Program-made: the position numbers and the translations under genes
The notes under the pieces: generated by a model
The model's database searches: none
Told to the model about the DNA's origin: nothing
The model's input: the letters and a program-made list of their open reading frames with translations, nothing else
Origin: Candidatus Limnocylindrales bacterium
GTDB lineage: Bacteria > Chloroflexota > Limnocylindria > Limnocylindrales > CSP1-4
Length of the DNA: 44,005 bases
Direction: 5' to 3'
NCBI GenBank assembly: GCA_038211705.1
Contig: JBBQVJ010000002.1
Location: 1-44,005, forward strand
In this document: positions 16,830 to 24,849 of the stretch, piece by piece
How the letters are laid out: the number at the start of each line of letters is the position of its first letter
Numbering within the stretch: position 1 is the first letter of the stretch

Positions 16830-18013
16830 GCCCTCGATGGTACGCGAGCCGGACTACGGACGGCGTCGCGCGTGCCCGAGCGGGCGTTGGCGCGGCCGGT
16901 GGCGGGCTTGCGCTTGACCCGGTCGAGTCGACGCGGCGGCTCAGGCTCGGGGGCCGGCCGTCCGAGCTGATAGCCCTGCCGGTGCTCGACGCCGAGGGCC
17001 TTGAGCGCCTCTAGATCGGCCCGTCGCTCGATGCCCTCGGCGAGCAGGTGGGCGCCGATCCGTCGGCCGAAGGCGACGAACGCCTCGACCAGTGCCTGCT
17101 TGGCCTCGTCGTGGTTGAGCCCGTGGACGATGTCGCGGTCGATCTTGATGACCGATGGCTTGAGCGCGGCGATCAGCGCGAAGCTCGCGTAGCCCGCCCC
17201 GGCGTCATCGACGGCGAAGCCGAAGCCGAGCTTTCGCAGCGCCCTGACCTGGCGCTGGAGCGGGACGATGTCCGGCACCGACTGCTGTTCCGTGCATTCG
17301 ATCGTGATCTGGCGCGGCTCCAGACCGACGGCCCGGACAGAGGCGGCCATCGACGATGCCTCGAAGGCCTTGTTGATCAGGCTGAACGGCGTGAGGTTGA
17401 TGGCGAACCGCTGTGGCGGGAGCCCGTCTCCGCGGCGGACGGCCTCGAGGCGACCGACGAACTCGAGCGCGGTGGCCACGATGTAGACATCGAGCTCGAC
17501 CGTGCGGTCGGTGTTGATGGCGGCCTGGACGACCGAGCTGATCGACTGGGGGAGCATCGGCATCTGTGGCCGGAACAGGCACTCGTACTCGTAGAGCTCA
17601 CCGGTCGAGAGGGTGACGATCGGCATGTAGGCGAAGGTGTGGAGCGTTCGGAGGCTGAAGAAGTAGTCGAGCATCTTGGTCTGGACGACCTGGGTCGACT
17701 GCGCCATCCCGATCCGATCGGCCAACCCGGAGAGCTGGACCGCGGACGACATCGCCTTGAGATAGCGATCGCGTTCGGGCAGCGCGTCGTCGACGGCGAC
17801 GAGGCCGTATTCGGGATCGTTCGCGTCGCGCGCCACCCGCGCCGCGGCCAGGTCGGTCAGCGCATCGGCAGGGCCGATGAGGACCATACCGGTGTCGAGC
17901 TCGAGCAGGCGGCTCTCTAGGACGTGGGCCGCCAACAGGCGCACGAACCCCATGTCGCGCGACCAGAGCAGGCGCTCGTCGACCGCGCGACGAGGCGTCG
18001 AGAGGAATCTCAC
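16826..18013 (-). CDS. EAL-domain protein (putative c-di-GMP phosphodiesterase) with an N-terminal region of about 130 aa of unknown function
   Basis: EAL motifs ECLFRP, INLTP, ECTEQ, VDDAGAGYASF, IKIDRDIV, LAEGIE and QGYQLGRP are all present. No GGDEF domain. Confidence 0.85.
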   Translation of the reverse strand: MRFLSTPRRAVDERLLWSRDMGFVRLLAAHVLESRLLELDTGMVLIGPADALTDLAAARVARDANDPEYGLVAVDDALPERDRYLKAMSSAVQLSGLADRIGMAQSTQVVQTKMLDYFFSLRTLHTFAYMPIVTLSTGELYEYECLFRPQMPMLPQSISSVVQAAINTDRTVELDVYIVATALEFVGRLEAVRRGDGLPPQRFAINLTPFSLINKAFEASSMAASVRAVGLEPRQITIECTEQQSVPDIVPLQRQVRALRKLGFGFAVDDAGAGYASFALIAALKPSVIKIDRDIVHGLNHDEAKQALVEAFVAFGRRIGAHLLAEGIERRADLEALKALGVEHRQGYQLGRPAPEPEPPRRLDRVKRKPATGRANARSGTRDAVRSPARVPSRA

Positions 18014-18100
18014 TGGGTCATCAGCCCCGGGGGCGAGGGAACGGGAGGTGGCCGTCGGTCCGGGTGGTCATGACCCCATTGGTACCGTGTGGTGCGGTCG

Positions 18101-18772
18101 TCATGGGGCGAGGCGTTCGCCGGCCCTTACGGCGATGTCCAGGCGGTTCTCCGGGGGCGCCAGCGGGCAGGCCCAGCGCGGATCGAAGGCGCACGACGGC
18201 TGGTAGGCGAAGTTGAAGTCGACGATGAGCGTGCCGCGTACCGGGTCGCCACCCAGGTCGGCACTCTTGGCGCCATCGACCAGGTACCGGCCGGCTCCGT
18301 ACGTTTCGGCGCTGTTGGTGGCGTCACGGAACGGGATGAACAGGCCACCCGCGTAGCCGGTCATCCAGAAGACCGAGAGCGGGCGCGGTCCGTCCGGGAA
18401 CGGGATCTCGATCCGGCCGAGGTGGGCGAAGGCGAGCGTGTCCGCGCCGCTGTTCGGGAGGTCGAGCGCGAACGCGCCGGGCGCCGGCGGCGGGGCCGGC
18501 TCGACCGTGACCTCGAAGCGCAGGGTCGGGTCGTGGTCGAAGTGACGGGCCTCGAAGGCGGCCCGGGCGTCGGTCGGGACGGGCGACTGGGGATGCTCGC
18601 GGTAGAGCCGCTCGCGTACGGCGCGCCAGTGTGCGAAGGCGATCGCCGGATCGCTGACGGCCATCGCCCGGACCTCCGCATAGAGCGCGGCGACGCGCCG
18701 GCGCCAGTCGGCCAGCCACGCCCGATCGAGCGTTGAGCGGTCACCCGGCTGCCACGCCGTCGCGGAGGCCAC
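18101..18772 (-). CDS. DUF1684 family protein
   Basis: 223 aa. C-terminal FNFAYQPSCAFDPRWACPLAPPENRL motif is typical of DUF1684. GTG start 9 nt after the upstream stop. Confidence 0.75.
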   Translation of the reverse strand: MASATAWQPGDRSTLDRAWLADWRRRVAALYAEVRAMAVSDPAIAFAHWRAVRERLYREHPQSPVPTDARAAFEARHFDHDPTLRFEVTVEPAPPPAPGAFALDLPNSGADTLAFAHLGRIEIPFPDGPRPLSVFWMTGYAGGLFIPFRDATNSAETYGAGRYLVDGAKSADLGGDPVRGTLIVDFNFAYQPSCAFDPRWACPLAPPENRLDIAVRAGERLAP

Positions 18773-18781
18773 GGCGATCGG

Positions 18782-19189
18782 CTAGCGGTTCCGGCGCATC
18801 GCGCCGAACACGATCCAGGCACCCAGCCCGATGAGGATCAGCGGCCAGAGCTGGCCCCAGCTGATATCGGGCATGTCCAGGCCGAGTGTCCGGCTGCCAA
18901 AGAACCACAGCCCGACCAGCAGGATGATCACGCCGAAGATGAGCGACACGCTGCGGCCGTGGTCCGCCGGTGGCGGACGCCAGGCCGGGGCGGCCGGAGG
19001 GGGCGGCGTGGCGCCCGGCGCCGCGCCCCAAGCGCCGAACGCGGTGCCCGTCGGCGGGGGAGTGCGGCTTGCCGGTGGCGTCCCGGCGGGTGGCGTCCCA
19101 GCCGGCGGCGTTCCGGCCGGCGGCGTTCCGGCCGGCGGCCCGGGCTCGGCCGGCGGTGGGCTGTATGGCGCGGTCGGCGGATCCTCCAT
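18782..19189 (-). CDS. Proline-rich membrane protein (PPAGT repeats, two C-terminal TM helices)
   Basis: 135 aa. GPPAGTPPAGTPPAGTPPAGTPPAS, then LIFGVIILLVGLWFF and WPLILIGLGAWIVFG (LiaF/DUF5668-like tail). GGAGAGAAG upstream of the ATG. Confidence 0.7.
   Translation of the reverse strand: MEDPPTAPYSPPPAEPGPPAGTPPAGTPPAGTPPAGTPPASRTPPPTGTAFGAWGAAPGATPPPPAAPAWRPPPADHGRSVSLIFGVIILLVGLWFFGSRTLGLDMPDISWGQLWPLILIGLGAWIVFGAMRRNR
19071..19135. repeat. In-frame 15-bp tandem repeat encoding PPAGT units
   Basis: Units GCCGGTGGCGTCCCG / GCGGGTGGCGTCCCA / GCCGGCGGCGTTCCG (x2), read directly. Confidence 0.85.
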
Positions 19190-19284
19190 GAAATGTCTTC
19201 TCTCCGGAATGGCCAGTGCCCGACCATCGTACCCGGGTGTGTCGAGCGGGCGGCGATGCCACGAACGGCAACCCGCAGCGATCG

Positions 19285-19573
19285 TTGATGCTTGATTTCG
19301 GGAGCTGCACGAAGGTTCCCCGATCGATGCCTATGGACGGCATACCCGAGCGCAGGGCCCTTCGAGCGCAGGCCCTCGACGAGCGCAGGCCCTTCGAGCG
19401 CAGGCCCTTCGAGCGCAGGCCCTCGACGAGCACAGGCCCTTCGAGCACAGGCCCTTGATGGGCTTTGGTTCCTTTGATGCGGATATGCCGTCCATGCGCA
19501 TACGGAATGGAAGGTGGCATCTTCCGCCCCGATTCAGGCATCAAGCGACAGGCTCAAGCATCGAGCGACGGGC
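19285..19573. mobile_element. MITE-like element E3, with an internal tandem-repeat core and a duplicated right terminus
   Basis: Left module 19285-19344: TTGATGCTTGATTTC ... ATGCCTATGGACGGCATA. Right module 19483-19544: ATATGCCGTCCATGCGCATAC ... TCAGGCATCAA. The terminal 20-mer is repeated at 19534-19553 and 19554-19573. Confidence 0.6.
19348..19456. repeat. Seven tandem 15-18-bp units GAGCGCAGGCCCTTC / GAGCGCAGGCCCTCGAC inside E3
   Basis: Read directly. The last two units carry GAGCACAGG variants. Confidence 0.85.
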
Positions 19574-19648
19574 ATCGTGCCGCGGCGGCTAGAATCCGGG
19601 TTCCGGCGCATCGACCGACGGCCGGCCAAAGCTCGATGGAGGCGACGC

Positions 19649-20497
19649 GTGCGGGATACCGCGGAGATCGGGGTGTTCGGGGGTTCGGGCTTCTATTCGC
19701 TCCTCGCCGACGTCCGCGAGGTCAAGGTCGACACGCCCTACGGCCCGCCATCCGACTCGGTCTTCCTGGCCGATGTCGGTGGCCGGCGCGTCGCGTTCCT
19801 GCCGCGGCACGGCCGGCGGCACACGATCCCGCCCCACAAGATCAACTACCGCGCCAACGTCTGGGCGATGCGCTCACTCGGTGTCGAGGCGGTCGTGTCG
19901 CCGTTCGCGGCGGGCTCCCTCAACCTCTCGGTCAAGCCCGGCGACTTCGTGGTCTGCGACCAGTTCGTCGATCGGACCAGCGGCCGGATCGACACCTTCT
20001 ACGACGGTCCGATCGTGACCCATCTGTCGTCGGCCGACACCTATGACCCGGTCCTGCGGGACCTCGCGATCGCGACGATCCGCGATCACGGCATCGAGGT
20101 CCACGATCGCGGCACGGTCGTCGTCATCCAGGGCCCGCGCTTCTCGTCGAAGGCCGAGTCCAGGTGGTTCAGCGACGCCGGCTGGGAAGTCATCAACATG
20201 ACCCAGTACCCCGAGGCGTGGCTGTGCCGCGAGCTCGGGATGGCCGTCGTCAGCATCGCCCTCATCACCGACTACGACGCGGGCGTGCTCGAGGGGACCG
20301 AGGCGGTCGATGCGATGAGCGTCCTCGAGGTCTTCGAGCAGAATGCGGCCCGCATCCAGGCCGTCGTCATCGACCTGATCGGGCGGTTTCCGGCCGGTCT
20401 CGATGCGCTGGGCGCTCGCGCTGCGCTGGGCCCGACCCGGGGCGACGGCCATGTCATGTCCGACGACGACATCCGGCTGTTCGAGACCGGGCTGTGA
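19649..20497 (+). CDS. mtnP: S-methyl-5'-thioadenosine phosphorylase
   Basis: ORF 19514..20497 trimmed to GTG 19649, with GGAGG 7 nt upstream. IGVFGGSGFY, FLPRHGRRHTIPPHKINYRANVWA and VINMTQYPEA are MTAP motifs. Confidence 0.9.
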   Translation: MRDTAEIGVFGGSGFYSLLADVREVKVDTPYGPPSDSVFLADVGGRRVAFLPRHGRRHTIPPHKINYRANVWAMRSLGVEAVVSPFAAGSLNLSVKPGDFVVCDQFVDRTSGRIDTFYDGPIVTHLSSADTYDPVLRDLAIATIRDHGIEVHDRGTVVVIQGPRFSSKAESRWFSDAGWEVINMTQYPEAWLCRELGMAVVSIALITDYDAGVLEGTEAVDAMSVLEVFEQNAARIQAVVIDLIGRFPAGLDALGARAALGPTRGDGHVMSDDDIRLFETGL

Positions 20498-21363
20498 CCG
20501 ATTCCTGGCCACCCGGCGAGGAGCCGCCGCCCGGTCTGCCCATCGGGGTCTGACTGCGAACGATCCGGGCGGAGCCCGGCTGGTGGCTCGAGAGTGCCCG
20601 GCGACTGGACGCGGCCGGGTACGCCGGGGTCTGGGCCTGGGACCACTTCATGGGCCGCGGCGAGCCGACCGTCCCGGTCGTCGAGGGCTGGACGATCCTG
20701 GCCATGGCCGCCGTGGCCACCGAGCGGGTCACGGTCGGGCCCTTCGTGATGAACGTGATGAACCGCCATCCGGCCGTTGTCGCGCGGATGACCTCGACCC
20801 TTCAGATCGCGAGCGGCGGCCGGCTGATCCTGGGGATCGGCATCGGGGGCGCGCCCAAGGAGCATGCGGCCTACGGCATCGACTTCCCGGACGCGCCCGA
20901 ACGGGTCGCGCGGCTCGAGGAGGCCGTCGCCGTCATCCGGGCCTTGTGGACCGGCGGTCCGGTGACGCGTGATTCGACCCTCTATCCGTTGCGCGAGGCA
21001 TACGCCCATCCCGTGCCCGTGCTGCCGCCACCGATCCTGATCGGCGGCGAGACGCCCGCCGGGGCGCGGCTGGCCGCGCGGATCGGCGACGGCTGGTCCG
21101 CCTTCGACGACAACTTCGAGCAGAACCTGCCGATCTACCTGGAGTCGCTGGCCGCGGCCGGCCGCCGGCGCGAGGACCAGCGCGTCCTGGTCGGCTTCCA
21201 GGGCGATTGGCTGAGCGACGAATCGATCGCCGATTCGCCGTGGGTCCAGGCGCCACATGAGACCTGGCAACGCTGGCACGAGGCCGGCGCCGATGGTGTC
21301 ATCGTGCTCGCCCGGACCACGGCCGACGTTGACGCCCTGATCGAGGCGACCGGGCACTGGTAG
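20494..21363 (+). pseudogene. LLM-class (luciferase-like) oxidoreductase interrupted by an in-frame TGA at 20551-20553
   Basis: The frame from GTG 20494 (GTGA overlap with the mtnP stop) reads VTDSWPPGEEPPPGLPIGV*LRTIRAEPGWWLESARRLDAAGYAGVWAWDHFMGRG..., continuous with ORF 20650..21363. There is no ATG/GTG/TTG between the stop and ATG 20650. Confidence 0.6.
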
Positions 21364-21399
21364 CGCCCCGTTCCCGCCGTTCGTGGCACCATCAGCGAC

Positions 21400-21891
21400 G
21401 TGACCGCGCCTCGAACCGCAGCGCCCGCCGCCCAGGGCGGCAAGCCCGAGCCGACCCATGCCTGCGTCAGGTGTGGCGCCCCGGTCGCCATCGACGTCGG
21501 GCTGTGCGAGCGCTGCAACCCGCTCGGCCTGCGCGATTCGTCGGCGTCGCAGGTCCACGGCATCGCGATCGGTGGCGTCTTCCTGTTCGTCGTGATCATG
21601 GCGGTCGCCGCGCGGTTCGTGCTGGCCGGGGTCGGCCCCTTCGACGGCCAGGTCACCGGCGTCGTCCCCGACGGTGATGGCCTGGCGGTCACCCTGGCGG
21701 TGACGAACCACGGCCAGAATGCCGGCCAGACGACGTGCCGGATCAACGACCCGCTGGACCGGACTAGCAACATGGGCGGGTTCATGCTCACGCCACACAT
21801 CCCGCCGGGCCAGAGCATGACATTCACCCAGCGGATCACGGCACTCGGGACGACGGTCCGCCCGCTCGACGCCGACTGCAAGTCGCCGTGA
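21400..21891 (+). CDS. Hypothetical membrane-anchored protein with an N-terminal CxxC...CxxC zinc-ribbon
   Basis: 163 aa. CVRCGAPV..CERCNP, one TM helix (IAIGGVFLFVVIMAVAARFVL), then a beta-rich domain. GTG start is uncertain. Confidence 0.55.
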   Translation: MTAPRTAAPAAQGGKPEPTHACVRCGAPVAIDVGLCERCNPLGLRDSSASQVHGIAIGGVFLFVVIMAVAARFVLAGVGPFDGQVTGVVPDGDGLAVTLAVTNHGQNAGQTTCRINDPLDRTSNMGGFMLTPHIPPGQSMTFTQRITALGTTVRPLDADCKSP

Positions 21892-22730
21892 CGTCGATGC
21901 CGGGTGTGCTCGCCGAGGCGTCGGCGCCATTCTCGGCCTTCGCGGGCGAGCTCGCGTTCGCGCTCGAGCTCGCGACCCGGGCCGGCACGGTCCTCATGGA
22001 CCACTACGAGCGGCTCGAACAGATCGACTACAAGAGCGCGCGTGATGTCGTGACCGAAGCGGACCACCTATCCGAGGCGCTCATCCTCGATGCGATCCGG
22101 GCGCGCTACCCGGCTGACGCGATCCTCGCCGAGGAGACCGGGGAGCATCGGGCGAAGGCGGGCGAGGCGCCCACCTCGGGGCGTGGCCGGGTCTGGATCG
22201 TCGACCCGCTCGATGGCACCGTGAACTACGCCAACGGCCTGCCCGTCTTCTGCGTCTCGATCGGGCTGGTGGCGGATGGCGTTCCAGCGGTCGGGGTGGT
22301 GCTCGACCCGACACGCAACGACGTCTTCGCGGCGACCGCCGACGGCCCGGCGATCCTCAACGGGCGCCCGGTCCGTGCCTCCGAGAAGGACAAGCTATCC
22401 GACTACGTCATCTCGATGTCGCTCAACGGCCGAGCCGCGACATCACGCGCCCGGAACGTGCGCAAGGCGGTTCGCATCTCACGCAACATGGGTTCGGCCG
22501 CGCTGGCCCTCGCCTACGTGGCGAACGGCCGCTTCGATGCGTTCATCCAGCAGGGTGGGCTGTCGTCCTGGGACGTCGCCGCGGCCGGGCTGATCGCCGA
22601 GCGTGGCGGCGCTCGCGTGACCTCGATGAGCGACGAACCATGGTTCGACCTGGCCCGCGGACCCAAGTCGATCGGCATCCTGGCCGCGCCGCCGGCCCAT
22701 CACGAAACGTTGCTGGGTCTCGTTCGCTAG
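21888..22730 (+). CDS. Inositol-monophosphatase family protein (SuhB/ImpA/HisN-like)
   Basis: EETGE, WIVDPLDGTVNYANGLP and WDVAAAGLI motifs. GTGA overlap with the upstream stop; alternative ATG at 21897. Confidence 0.85.
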   Translation: MTSMPGVLAEASAPFSAFAGELAFALELATRAGTVLMDHYERLEQIDYKSARDVVTEADHLSEALILDAIRARYPADAILAEETGEHRAKAGEAPTSGRGRVWIVDPLDGTVNYANGLPVFCVSIGLVADGVPAVGVVLDPTRNDVFAATADGPAILNGRPVRASEKDKLSDYVISMSLNGRAATSRARNVRKAVRISRNMGSAALALAYVANGRFDAFIQQGGLSSWDVAAAGLIAERGGARVTSMSDEPWFDLARGPKSIGILAAPPAHHETLLGLVR

Positions 22731-23632
22731 GGATCGTCCCGCCAGCGATGCGGCCGCTTGGTCAGCCGCTCCAGGCCCCATTCCTCGCAGAACGCCTCCC
22801 ACTCGGCGCGTGGTGCACCGTCCCAGCGCAGCTCGTCGGGGTCGGTCTGGCGAAGCGGCACGCCGTCCTCCACCGTCCGGAGGCGCGCCAGGTCCCGATA
22901 GAGCAGCGCCTCGTCCCAGTGGTCACGCAGCGTGGCCGCCAGCGTCATCGCGCGCGGCCCGCCGATCCCCGGCACCTCCCAGGCTGAGGCCTTGGCCGGG
23001 ATCTCCTCGTAGTGACCGTACCGGCTCAGGACGGCTGCCGCGGACTTCGCGCCCCAGCCGGGCAGTCCCGGAAAGCCATCGGACGTGTCGCCCACCAGCC
23101 CGAGCCAATCGGGGATCGAGGTCGGCGGCACGCCCCATTTCTCGCGGACCCCTGCTTCGTCGTAGACGAGGTTGCGGCGGCGGTCCCAGAGGACGACCCG
23201 GTCGTCGCGGACGAGCTGGGCCATGTCCTTGTCGGGCGTGCAGACCAGGATCTTCTCGACCGCCGCGTTCTCGGTGAACCGGGTGGCGGCCGCGCCGATC
23301 GCGTCGTCGGCCTCGAACTCGACCATCGGCCAGGAGACGATCCCGAGCGCGTCGATGGCGGCCTCGGCGATCGGGAACTGGGCGAGCAATTCGGGCGGCA
23401 TCCCGGCCGACGACTTGTAGCCCGGATAAAGGTCGTTCCGAAACGATTCGATCACCCGGTCGGTTGCGGCCCCGACGTGGGTGGCGCCCTCCTCGCGCAG
23501 CAGGTAGAGCAGCTGCTCGACGAGCCCGGACACCCCCGACAGCGGGATGTCGTCGCGGCCCAGGACCGGCGGGCGTGGCGCGAAGTGCGCCCGGAACAGC
23601 TCGTATGTCGCGTCGACCAGGTGGAGCCGCAC
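22727..23632 (-). CDS. Stand-alone 5'-3' exonuclease / flap endonuclease (Pol I 5'-nuclease domain family)
   Basis: ORF 22727..24232 trimmed to GTG 23632. VRLHLVDATYELFRAHF, EADDAIGA, TPDKDMAQLV and GDTSDGFPGLPGWGAKSAA (H3TH). Confidence 0.85.
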   Translation of the reverse strand: MRLHLVDATYELFRAHFAPRPPVLGRDDIPLSGVSGLVEQLLYLLREEGATHVGAATDRVIESFRNDLYPGYKSSAGMPPELLAQFPIAEAAIDALGIVSWPMVEFEADDAIGAAATRFTENAAVEKILVCTPDKDMAQLVRDDRVVLWDRRRNLVYDEAGVREKWGVPPTSIPDWLGLVGDTSDGFPGLPGWGAKSAAAVLSRYGHYEEIPAKASAWEVPGIGGPRAMTLAATLRDHWDEALLYRDLARLRTVEDGVPLRQTDPDELRWDGAPRAEWEAFCEEWGLERLTKRPHRWRDDP

Positions 23633-23643
23633 CGCAGGTCGGC

Positions 23644-24186
23644 TCAGGACGCCTGCGAACCCGTCTCGACGAGCTCCTTGAATCGGACGAGGTCGGCCTG
23701 GAAGATGCCGCCGAGGGTGGGGCTCATGACCAGCGCCCCGAGGTGGGGGAGGACCGGCGGGATGAGGACCTCGTCCCAGCGCACGATCGTGGTCGTGCCA
23801 TCGGCGCCGGACTCGAGGGTGATCAGGCCGCGGCCCTTGAACGTGCCCTCGTGGCTGATCCCAAAGCGATGCGGCGGCTTGAACTCGGTGATCGTGACCG
23901 GGTCGGTCACCGACATGCCGAAGATCCGGACTTCGGCCTCGCCGACCGTCCCGACCCCGACAGGCCCTGGGGTCAGCAGCCGGACGGCCTTCATCTCGTG
24001 CATCCAGCGCGGCTGGCCCTCGATGTCGGCAAGGACGTCCCAGACCCGCTCGATCGGCGCGTCGATGACGATCATCGAGCTGATCGCCGCCGGGTCGGCG
24101 CCGGCCGACTGGTCGGACAGGATTCGATCGATCGCGTAGCCGATGCCAGCCCCGGCCAGCGCGAGCCGGAACGCGCCGCGGATCAC
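23644..24186 (-). CDS. SRPBCC (START/polyketide-cyclase-like) family protein with an N-terminal hydrophobic segment
   Basis: 180 aa. IDAPIERVWDVLADIEGQPRWM, typical of the Polyketide_cyc2 family. Overlaps the pncA stop. Confidence 0.75.
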   Translation of the reverse strand: MIRGAFRLALAGAGIGYAIDRILSDQSAGADPAAISSMIVIDAPIERVWDVLADIEGQPRWMHEMKAVRLLTPGPVGVGTVGEAEVRIFGMSVTDPVTITEFKPPHRFGISHEGTFKGRGLITLESGADGTTTIVRWDEVLIPPVLPHLGALVMSPTLGGIFQADLVRFKELVETGSQAS

Positions 24187-24788
24187 GCCGACACCGCCCC
24201 GACCAGGCCGACCCCGGCCTCACGCATCGCATCGAGCGCCAGGTCGCCGTCGCCGGGTGTCACGTCGACCGCGGCGATCGCGTCGGTCAGCACCTCGGTC
24301 CGGAAGCCGAGCCGCGCGGCGTCGAGCGCCGTCGCCGTGACGCAGTAATCGGTGGCGAGCCCGGCGATGACGACCCGGTCGACCTCCCGGCCGCGCAGCA
24401 GCGCCTCGAGCTCGGTCGGCTTCGTCTCGCCGCTGATCGGGTCGCGCATCGTGAACCCGGAATAGCCGTCCTCGCCGTTAACGCCCTTGCGGATGCGTCG
24501 AGCACCGGGTGGCAGGGTCAACGCGGGGTGGAGCTCGGCGCCCCATGAGCCAGCCACGCAATGGACCGGCCACGGCCCCCCGTCCTTGGCGAAATGGGGC
24601 GTGGACTCAGGGTGCCAGTCCTGGGTCGCCACGACCAGCGAGCCACCCTCGACGGCTGCCGCGATCTCGCGATCGACGGCCGGCACGATGGCCTCGCCGC
24701 CGGCCACGTGCAGGTTGCCCGCCGGATCGGCGAAGTCGTTCTGCACATCGACCACGATGAGGGCCGTGCCTGGCCCGTAGCGCTGCAT
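24183..24788 (-). CDS. pncA: Nicotinamidase/pyrazinamidase (isochorismatase family)
   Basis: ALIVVDVQNDF, TQDWHP, HCV and IAGLATDYCV catalytic-triad and metal-site motifs. Confidence 0.85.
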   Translation of the reverse strand: MQRYGPGTALIVVDVQNDFADPAGNLHVAGGEAIVPAVDREIAAAVEGGSLVVATQDWHPESTPHFAKDGGPWPVHCVAGSWGAELHPALTLPPGARRIRKGVNGEDGYSGFTMRDPISGETKPTELEALLRGREVDRVVIAGLATDYCVTATALDAARLGFRTEVLTDAIAAVDVTPGDGDLALDAMREAGVGLVGAVSA

Positions 24789-24828
24789 GGCCTGAGCGTA
24801 ACGCAGTGACGCCGTGGCGGGCGTGCGC

Positions 24829-24842
24829 CCGACACGTGTCGG
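24829..24842. promoter_or_regulatory. Perfect 14-bp palindrome CCGACACGTGTCGG between the response-regulator stop and the pncA start
   Basis: Read directly. Could be a short terminator stem or an operator; function not established. Confidence 0.25.
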
Positions 24843-24849
24843 TCGGCGC

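Noticed and set aside
19348-19456. The tandem repeats at 19348-19456, 31001-31060 and 7427-7463 could be CRISPR arrays.
   Set aside because: The units are directly adjacent with no spacers, are only 15-20 bp long, and no cas genes are present.
20551-20590. The TGA at 20551 could be a selenocysteine codon. A short hairpin (CCGGGC-GGA-GCCCGG) lies about 14 nt downstream, roughly where a bacterial SECIS would sit.
   Set aside because: The codon falls in a structural beta-strand of an LLM barrel, not a redox site. LLM enzymes are not known selenoproteins. The stem is only 6 bp, and no sel genes are visible. Nonsense mutation or sequence error is far more likely.
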